In this document: positions 57,282 to 64,000 of the stretch, piece after piece
Layout of the letters: each line of letters starts with the position of its first letter
Numbering within the stretch: position 1 is the stretch's first letter
Source: Oceanispirochaeta sp.
GTDB taxonomy: Bacteria > Spirochaetota > Spirochaetia > DSM-2461
Direction: 5' to 3'
DNA: 64,000 nucleotides
NCBI GenBank assembly: GCA_963663385.2
Contig: CAXXXD010000004.1
Coordinates: 320,001 to 384,000 of the forward strand
Notes under the pieces: model-generated
What the model was told of the DNA's origin: nothing
The model's input: the letters and a program-made list of their open reading frames with translations, nothing else
The model's database searches: none
Program-made: the position numbers and the translations under genes

Positions 57282-57311
57282 CCTCAATGTTATTTATGAC
57301 TAAAAAAGAAA

Positions 57312-57365
57312 TGGTGCAATAATTATCAATAAAAATTGGACGACTCTCTCATATCGTTATATAAT
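57312..57365 (+). promoter_or_regulatory. Promoter of hydrogenase operon 2 with possible degenerate Rex box
   Basis: TGGTGCAATAATTATCAA (57312-57329); TATAAT at 57360-57365. Confidence 0.35.
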
Positions 57366-57465
57366 AATAAACAGCCGACAGTCCCACCTTATTCTGCTGA
57401 GACGCCCGTCTCATTCCGCATAACGGCTTTATTTTACTCACAACATAACTATGAGGAGTTGATCC

Positions 57466-58005
57466 ATGGAACCATTGGTAGACCGAAGGATCCGTTCTGA
57501 CCAGGAAAACTCAGATTTCCCGGTCCCTGCGGATATCATTCCTCAGCTTGATGATATTATCAGGCGTTACAACGAGACAGAAGGCGCCCTCATACCGGTA
57601 TTGCAGTCTGCTCAGAATCTACTGGGGTATCTGCCCCGGGAAGTTCTCCTGCATATCAGCGAACAGCTGAAAATCCCCTATAGTGAAGTGACAGGTGTTG
57701 TTTCCTTCTACTCTTTCTTCTCTACCGTACCCAGGGGCAGGCATATTGTCAGAGTCTGTCTTGGTACGGCCTGTTATGTAAGGGGCGGGAAGGAAGTTCT
57801 CAGTGCCCTGGAAAAGCAGCTTGGCATCAAAGTGGGAGAAACAACGGAAGACCGTTTCTTCTCCCTTGAGGTGGGGCGCTGTTTCGGAGCCTGCGGGCTG
57901 GCTCCGGTGGTTATGGTGGATGATAATGTTCATCAGCGGGTAAAACCATCCAGGGTGAAAGACCTGCTGGCCGGTTACAGGGAGGAGGCGGAAAATGAGT
58001 CATAG
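57466..58005 (+). CDS. [FeFe]-hydrogenase 2 NuoE-like subunit (HydC)
   Basis: VCLGTACYVRG, GRCFGACGLAPV. Confidence 0.9.
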   Translation: MEPLVDRRIRSDQENSDFPVPADIIPQLDDIIRRYNETEGALIPVLQSAQNLLGYLPREVLLHISEQLKIPYSEVTGVVSFYSFFSTVPRGRHIVRVCLGTACYVRGGKEVLSALEKQLGIKVGETTEDRFFSLEVGRCFGACGLAPVVMVDDNVHQRVKPSRVKDLLAGYREEAENES

Positions 58006-61000
58006 AATTCAATCCCCCCGTTACTGGGATATTTTCAGAAATAATCTGCTGAGGAATCGGGAAACCCCTGAAGCCGGGAAGGAGATCCGCATTTGTACGG
58101 GAGGAGGCTGTATCGCGTCGGGAGCCCTTGAACTGAAACGCTGCCTGCAGGATTCCCTTAAAAGGGAAGGTATGGATATCCCTATAAAGGAAACCGGTTG
58201 TATGGGACCCTGCGCTCACGGTCCTGTGGTCAATATTCAGCCGGATAACATCTACTACCGGGCTCTGACTCCCGATGATGTTCCCCGGATTGTTGTAGAG
58301 CATCTGAAGGAGGGGATTCCTGTTGAAGGGCTTTTAATGGATAGGGGGATTACAGATTCTCCCATCGAAGAAAAGATCGTTTTGAGAAACTGCGGGAGAA
58401 TCGATCCTCTTGATATCAGAGATTATATTGCCGAAGGAGGGTATTCCGCGCTGGCCCGGCTGCTGAATGAGAATACTTCCGGGGAGCAGATGGTGGAAAC
58501 ACTGAAAAAGTCCGGATTGAGAGGACGCGGCGGAGCCGGGTTTCCTGCCTGGATGAAGTGGAATTTTACCCGCACCGCAGAGGGGGATGAGAAGTTTGTT
58601 CTCTGTAATGGTGATGAGGGAGACCCCGGAGCCTTTATGGACCGCAGTGTTCTGGAAGGAGATCCCCACAGCCTTATTGAAGGGATGACCATCGCAGCTC
58701 TGGCAACAGGAGCAAATCGTGGGTTCGTTTATGTCCGGGCGGAATACCCTCTGGCTGTCTCCCGGCTGGAAAAGGCTCTGGAGCAGGCCAGGGAGTACGG
58801 CTTAACCGGTCAGTGTATCATGGGGACTGATTTCTCCCTGGATCTGGAAATCCGTATGGGTTCCGGGGCCTTCGTCTGCGGAGAGGAGACCGCCCTGATC
58901 AGCTCCATAGAGGGAAAACGGGGTGAACCCCGTCCCAGGCCGCCCTTTCCGGCGCAGAAGGGACTGTGGGGGAAACCCAGTCTTCTGAATAATGTGGAAA
59001 CCTATGCCAATGTGCCGGCAATTTTTGAAAAGGGGCCGGACTGGTATGCCTCTTTCGGTACGGAGAAAAGCAGGGGAACCAAAGTATTTGCCCTGGCCGG
59101 CTCCATCGAGAATACGGGCCTGGTGGAAGTCCCTATCGGAACGCCCCTGGGTGACCTGGTCTTCGAAGTGGGGGGCGGTATAAAAGGAGGGAAGAACTAT
59201 AAGGCCGCACAGATCGGAGGACCTTCGGGCGGATGTATTCCTCTGGAGCATCTGAATGTTCCTCTTGAGTATGATGCCCTGAAGGAGCTGGGAGCCATTA
59301 TGGGTTCCGGCGGCCTGATTGTGATGGACGATGACTCCTGTATGGTTGATGTAGCCCGGTTCTTTCTGGAATTTGTTCAGGAAGAATCCTGCGGGAAGTG
59401 TGTTCCCTGTCGTGTGGGGACCAAACGGATGCTGGAAATTCTGGAGAGGATTTCAAGGGGTGACGGTCAGGAAGGGGATATTGAAAAGCTTATAGAGCTG
59501 GGAGAGAGTATCCGGGACACCGCGCTGTGCGGTCTTGGGCAGACCGCACCCAACCCCGTCCTGTCCACAATCCGCCACTTCCGGAAGGAGTATGAACAGC
59601 ATATCAGGGACAAACACTGTGAAGCCGGTGTGTGCCCCGGTCTGGTCCGGGCCCCCTGTCAGAGCGCCTGTCCCGCTTCGGTGGATGTTCCGGGTTTTAT
59701 ATCCCTTATCGCCGAGGGGCGTTACAGTGAAGCCCTGAAGCTGCACCGGGAAAGGAACCCCTTTGCCGGTGTCTGCGCCCGCGTCTGTTTTCACACCTGT
59801 GAAGAGCACTGCCGGCGCAGCTCTCTGGATGACCCTGTTTCTATCCGGGGGGTGAAGCGCTTTATGGTCGATCAGGAGGTCACCATACAGCTCCCCGCAA
59901 CACTGGAAAACCCTGAAAACAGGAGACGGAAGATCGCCATAGTCGGAGCCGGACCTGCCGGACTATCCTGCGCCTACTTTCTGGCAAGGATGGGTTACTG
60001 TCCGGATATCTTTGAAGCCTCCAGCCGGCCCGGAGGAATGCTGGTGCAGACTATTCCCGCCTATCGCCTTCCCCGGGAAACCCTGGCCAGAGAAATCCGG
60101 ATGATCGAAAATCTGGGTGTCTCCATTCAGACCGAAAGTATTATGGGCCGGGATTTTACACTGGAATCCCTGAAGCAGGAGGGCTATGAAGCCGTGTTTA
60201 TCGGAATCGGCGCCCCCCAGAACCTTTCCATGGGACTCTCCGGGGAAGAGGCTGACGGGGTCGTTCAGGCCGTCCCGTTTTTAAAGGAGTATAATATCCG
60301 GGGATCCGTAGCAGTGGGGCGCCATGTGGTTGTTATCGGAGGCGGGAATGCGGCAATCGATGCGGCCCGTACCGCCATCCGTCTGGGCGCGGAATCTGTA
60401 AAGATTATTTACAGGAGAAGTCAGGATTCCATGCCCGCTTATGAGGAGGAGATTCAGGATGCCCTGGAGGAAGGGGTAGAACTCCATTGTCTGGTGCAGC
60501 CTCTGGAATTCCTTAAGAATGAGTCCGGTTCGGTAACAGCTGTGAAATGCCTGCCCATGTCATTGGGCGGGTTTGACCGTTCCGGAAGAAGGGCTCCCGC
60601 AGATGCCGGGTATACTCCTCATATTATTGATACCGACCAGGTTATTATCGCAATAGGCCAGAGACTGGATCCCAACGCTGTGTTCAAGGGAAGCTCTCCT
60701 GTGCTGAATAACCAGGGATTTATCCAGTCCGATCCTGTTACAGGCGCAACCTCCCTTCCCGGTGTCTTTGCTGGAGGCGATGTTCAGGAGGGGCCCTCCT
60801 CTGTTGTTAAAGCCATTGCCGCAGGGGAACGGAGCGCCGTGGGAATCGACTTGATGCTGAGTGGTGAGAAGCATGCCTTCTGGCGATGGGAACAGCCTCT
60901 TGATACATACTTTGATCCTGACGCGGATCCCGTGGGATACCCGAGGGAGAAGATCCCGGTCCTGTGTTCGGAGAAGCGGCGGTACAGCTTTGATGAGGTG

Positions 61001-61102
61001 GAACGCCCCTGGAATGAGCATACCGCCATACGTCAGGCCAAGCGCTGCCTGCGCTGTGATTACGGTAAGAATATCCGTGTAAAGGAGGAGAGTCATGCCT
61101 GA
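57995..61102 (+). CDS. NuoF-like HydB fused to GltD/NfnB-like FAD/NADPH oxidoreductase domain
   Basis: NuoF motifs (CNGDEGDPGAFMDR, GGPSGG, ESCGKCVPCR), then PCQSACP..VCARVC..CEEHCRR, GAGPAG, GGGNAAIDAAR..YRRS, FAGGD, RCLRC. Confidence 0.92.
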   Translation: MSHRIQSPRYWDIFRNNLLRNRETPEAGKEIRICTGGGCIASGALELKRCLQDSLKREGMDIPIKETGCMGPCAHGPVVNIQPDNIYYRALTPDDVPRIVVEHLKEGIPVEGLLMDRGITDSPIEEKIVLRNCGRIDPLDIRDYIAEGGYSALARLLNENTSGEQMVETLKKSGLRGRGGAGFPAWMKWNFTRTAEGDEKFVLCNGDEGDPGAFMDRSVLEGDPHSLIEGMTIAALATGANRGFVYVRAEYPLAVSRLEKALEQAREYGLTGQCIMGTDFSLDLEIRMGSGAFVCGEETALISSIEGKRGEPRPRPPFPAQKGLWGKPSLLNNVETYANVPAIFEKGPDWYASFGTEKSRGTKVFALAGSIENTGLVEVPIGTPLGDLVFEVGGGIKGGKNYKAAQIGGPSGGCIPLEHLNVPLEYDALKELGAIMGSGGLIVMDDDSCMVDVARFFLEFVQEESCGKCVPCRVGTKRMLEILERISRGDGQEGDIEKLIELGESIRDTALCGLGQTAPNPVLSTIRHFRKEYEQHIRDKHCEAGVCPGLVRAPCQSACPASVDVPGFISLIAEGRYSEALKLHRERNPFAGVCARVCFHTCEEHCRRSSLDDPVSIRGVKRFMVDQEVTIQLPATLENPENRRRKIAIVGAGPAGLSCAYFLARMGYCPDIFEASSRPGGMLVQTIPAYRLPRETLAREIRMIENLGVSIQTESIMGRDFTLESLKQEGYEAVFIGIGAPQNLSMGLSGEEADGVVQAVPFLKEYNIRGSVAVGRHVVVIGGGNAAIDAARTAIRLGAESVKIIYRRSQDSMPAYEEEIQDALEEGVELHCLVQPLEFLKNESGSVTAVKCLPMSLGGFDRSGRRAPADAGYTPHIIDTDQVIIAIGQRLDPNAVFKGSSPVLNNQGFIQSDPVTGATSLPGVFAGGDVQEGPSSVVKAIAAGERSAVGIDLMLSGEKHAFWRWEQPLDTYFDPDADPVGYPREKIPVLCSEKRRYSFDEVERPWNEHTAIRQAKRCLRCDYGKNIRVKEESHA

Positions 61103-62873
61103 ACTGATAATTAATGGAAGAACGATTCACGCCGAAGCGGATATGACCATTCTGGAAGCGGCAAAAACGGCCGGTATCCGTATCCCGACCCTCTGTTATC
61201 TGGAAGGGACTCCTCCTCTGGGAGCCTGTCGGGTCTGTGTGGTGGAAGTGGAGGGAGCACCTACTCTGGCTGCTTCCTGCTCCACCCCCGTACGGGAGGG
61301 GATGGTTGTCAGTACAAACAGTGCCCGGGTATTGAAACGGAGAAAAGGGGTTGTTGAACTGCTTCTGAGTGAGCATGAGGGCAACTGTTCCTGGTGTGAA
61401 CGGTCTGAGGATTGTGAACTTAAAGCCCTTGCTTATGAGTTGGGCATACGGGCAGAACCGGAATATGAAAAAAAGGGGGAAAAACTACTGGATTTTTCCA
61501 CTCCCGCCCTGGAAAGAGATTCCGGTAAATGTATTAAATGCCGCCGCTGTGTTACCGCCTGTAATGAAGTTCAGAAAGTGGGAGCTCTCTTTCCTCAGGG
61601 ACGGGGATACTCTACACTGATCTCTCCGGGTTTCGGAGAAGCCCTGAATACAGTTGCCTGTGTTCAATGCGGCCAATGCGCAGCTGTCTGTCCTGTAGGC
61701 GCCATAACCGAGAAGAGTCATATTGACAGTGTACTGGATGCCCTGGCGGATCCCCGGAAATATGTTGTTGTGCAGACGGCTCCAGCCATTCGTGCCGCTT
61801 TGGGAGAGGTTTTCGGCCTTCCTCCGGGAACCCTTGTTACAGGGCGAATGACAAGCGCTTTGAGAATGATGGGATTCGATGCGGTGTTTGATACGAACTT
61901 TACAGCGGATCTGACCATTATGGAGGAGGGAACCGAGCTGCTGACCAGACTGCGCCGTGTATTGAAGGAGAATGAAGAAGCAGCGCTTCCCCAGTTTACA
62001 AGCTGTTCACCGGGATGGATTCAATATGCGGAATATTTCTATCCCGAATTCCTGCCAAACCTGTCTACCTGTAAATCTCCCCAGCAGATGTTCGGCGCTC
62101 TGGCAAAAACCTACTATGCCTCAAAAATATCCGTGGATCCCGGGGATATGACCGTTGTTTCTGTAATGCCCTGTACAGCCAAGAAATATGAGGCCCAGAG
62201 GGAAGAGATGACCGACAGCGGTTATGCCGATGTTGACTATGTCCTGACCACCCGGGAATTGGGGCGTATGATCCGCCAGGCCGGTCTGGACTTTGTTCAT
62301 CTGCCTGATTCAGAAATGGATGCCCCTCTGGGAACCTCCTCGGGGGCGGCGGATATCTTTGCCAGTACAGGCGGAGTAATGGAAGCCGCCCTGCGAACGG
62401 TGCATGAGATTGTGACCGGAAAACCTTTGCCGGGGGACAACCTCCATATTCATTCTCTATCTTCTCTGGAAGGTGTAAAGACTGTTTCCCTTTTGCTGGA
62501 CGAGACCCTGCCGGAATGGGACTTCCTTAAAGGGGTTGAGGTAAAGCTGGCTGTTGCCCATGGTCTGGGGAATGCCGCCGCCCTGCTCGACTCCATCAAA
62601 CGCGGTGAGGAGCTTTTTCACTTTGTTGAAATCATGACTTGTCCGGGAGGATGCATCGGCGGCGGAGGTCAGCCCCGTATGACCGATGACTCCGTCCGCA
62701 AGGCCAGGATAGAGGCGATCTTCAGAGAGGATGAGGGTAAAACGGTCCGGAAATCCCATGAGAATCCGGGTGTGGCTGCCCTGTACAGGGAGTTTCTGGG
62801 AAAGCCTCTGGGGGAGAAATCCCACCACCTGCTGCATACGCACTATAAGCAGAAAACTAAAGTCTCGATCTGA
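61095..62873 (+). CDS. [FeFe]-hydrogenase 2 catalytic subunit (HydA, M3 type)
   Basis: TSCSPGW, MPCTAKKYE, EIMTCPGGCIGGGGQP; accessory Fe-S motifs. Confidence 0.95.
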   Translation: MPELIINGRTIHAEADMTILEAAKTAGIRIPTLCYLEGTPPLGACRVCVVEVEGAPTLAASCSTPVREGMVVSTNSARVLKRRKGVVELLLSEHEGNCSWCERSEDCELKALAYELGIRAEPEYEKKGEKLLDFSTPALERDSGKCIKCRRCVTACNEVQKVGALFPQGRGYSTLISPGFGEALNTVACVQCGQCAAVCPVGAITEKSHIDSVLDALADPRKYVVVQTAPAIRAALGEVFGLPPGTLVTGRMTSALRMMGFDAVFDTNFTADLTIMEEGTELLTRLRRVLKENEEAALPQFTSCSPGWIQYAEYFYPEFLPNLSTCKSPQQMFGALAKTYYASKISVDPGDMTVVSVMPCTAKKYEAQREEMTDSGYADVDYVLTTRELGRMIRQAGLDFVHLPDSEMDAPLGTSSGAADIFASTGGVMEAALRTVHEIVTGKPLPGDNLHIHSLSSLEGVKTVSLLLDETLPEWDFLKGVEVKLAVAHGLGNAAALLDSIKRGEELFHFVEIMTCPGGCIGGGGQPRMTDDSVRKARIEAIFREDEGKTVRKSHENPGVAALYREFLGKPLGEKSHHLLHTHYKQKTKVSI

Positions 62874-62887
62874 TATAATTACTGAAT

Positions 62888-62924
62888 ATGAGGACGTAAA
62901 GAATAGACTTCTTCACGTCCTCAT
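62888..62924. terminator. Long hairpin after hydrogenase operon 2
   Basis: ATGAGGACGT/ACGTCCTCAT arms with inner AAGAA/TTCTT; U-tract delayed. Confidence 0.55.
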
Positions 62925-63275
62925 TACTATCTTTTTAAAATCCACTGAACTCCCTTCTGATTTGATTACTCAGTGAAAATCTTTATAATATGCCTGTTAG
63001 TTAAGTAAACCAGGAGTATGGTCTTGGCAGAATAATTCTCATCCAGCCCCGAAGGATTCTCTGGTTTTCTTTAGTATGGTAGTATTGCATGTGGTGCCTT
63101 CAATTCAAATCCAAGAGCCTCTTTTTTGATAAAGGAAACATTAAATCAGGTTAAATAACACAGTAATCGCAGGAATTCTGAAGATACTCCAGTTAAACTG
63201 AAAAACCTCTTCTTTACGCCTTGTTTAAGGGGAGGTAATGTAACTCAAGAAAGTTAATTAAAGGGAGATAATTTC

Positions 63276-64000
63276 ATGAAACGTTTTTTTTTACTGGCAG
63301 TCCTGACAGTGTTTTTGATTAATCCTATGTTTTCAAATGGTCAGGGAGAGGATTCTGAAAAGGATAAAGTAAAAATCCGTTATGCCTATCAATGGACAGG
63401 AGATTTTGATGAGCAGATGAATGCTTATGCAGAATCTGTTAAGGATGAGTATGCTCTGGAACTGGAGCTTACACCGGGACTTGATCACAAGCAAAAGATT
63501 CAGGTGGACATTGCTGCTGGAACTACTGCCGATGTATTTCAGTATTGGAGTTATGAAACTAATTTGAAGGATCTGGCCCTTAATAATATTATCCTGGATG
63601 TAGATAAATACATGGCTGTGTCTAATAATATCAACCGTGATGATTTTACTGCCGGTGCCTGGTCGGCAACTGAAGTGGATGGGAAGAATTACGGTTTTCC
63701 TGTATCAAGCTTTAAGGGATTCTTCCTTGCAAACAAGGCTCTTTTTGATAAATATGGATTGAAGCTTCCTGAATCTTGGGATGATCTTAAAGAGGCTTCT
63801 GTTCTGTTTAGAAAGAATGGTATCATCCCTTTGAGTATGGGAAGTCTCAAAGGCGATCCCGGTCATCTCTTTTTCAGTTCCCTGGCTTTTCAGGCTATAG
63901 ACGGCTATCAGGACGCTCAGGCTCTGGCAGTTTCAAAAAACTTCGATACAGTGGCAAATCATCGTGCAGCTAATGCAATTGCAGATTTAATAGAATGGCA
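63276..64000 (+). CDS. Sugar ABC substrate-binding protein (family 1), runs off window end
   Basis: Manual translation MKRFFLLAVLTVFLINPMFSNGQGE...DIAAGTTADVFQYW...DGKNYGFP...NKALFDKYGLKLPESWDDL; SD GGGAG. Confidence 0.85.
   Translation, partial: MKRFFLLAVLTVFLINPMFSNGQGEDSEKDKVKIRYAYQWTGDFDEQMNAYAESVKDEYALELELTPGLDHKQKIQVDIAAGTTADVFQYWSYETNLKDLALNNIILDVDKYMAVSNNINRDDFTAGAWSATEVDGKNYGFPVSSFKGFFLANKALFDKYGLKLPESWDDLKEASVLFRKNGIIPLSMGSLKGDPGHLFFSSLAFQAIDGYQDAQALAVSKNFDTVANHRAANAIADLIEW

Noticed and set aside
57372..57425. NiCo-riboswitch-like CAGCAG..GTGGGAC on the minus strand
   Set aside because: Wrong orientation, incomplete consensus, no metal exporter downstream
63040..63110. SAM-I-like fragments (ATCCAG, GGTGCC)
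   Set aside because: Core GGAGGGA/GGCCC/GCAACC elements absent
1..64000. CRISPR arrays, IS elements, prophage, tRNA/rRNA, defence systems
   Set aside because: No spaced repeats, transposase/integrase/phage motifs or tRNA/rRNA signatures seen

Overview
A gene-dense window with no rRNA, tRNA, CRISPR array, transposase or integrase that I could detect. It is most likely from an anaerobic free-living spirochaete (Spirochaetaceae-like), inferred from 'AGG/ANG/SNG-x-x-E' mature N-termini after signal peptides, a DUF5312-like gene and Treponema-style FecR/adenylate-cyclase genes. From left to right it contains: (1) a putatively metal-repressed locus (Fe3+-type ABC binding protein, DUF1302-like barrel, LolA-like protein, MMPL transporter, divergent PchR-like AraC and methyltransferase) sharing a GTTAA-N6-(T/C)TAAC operator; (2) oadGAB with a twin-hairpin leader, and a candidate 6S RNA; (3) a CHASE2 adenylate cyclase divergent from a secreted-protein/beta-barrel/FecR operon, a candidate trans-envelope cAMP signalling system; (4) two M16 peptidases, an MCP, long-form ilvC, a one-POTRA Omp85 protein, an MsmX-like ATPase, a radical SAM protein, queG (apparent CTG start), ychF and a REP-like element; (5) rex and a CBS-kinase/DRTGG/PHP module divergent from a tetrameric bifurcating-type [FeFe]-hydrogenase; (6) an orphan sensor kinase with CcdA/thioredoxin genes, TetR and a Gld-like ABC system; (7) a second [FeFe]-hydrogenase whose HydB is fused to a GltD/NfnB-like NADPH domain. 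Several genes show exact leaderless-promoter geometry. All family calls come from motif recognition by eye; no database searches were run.
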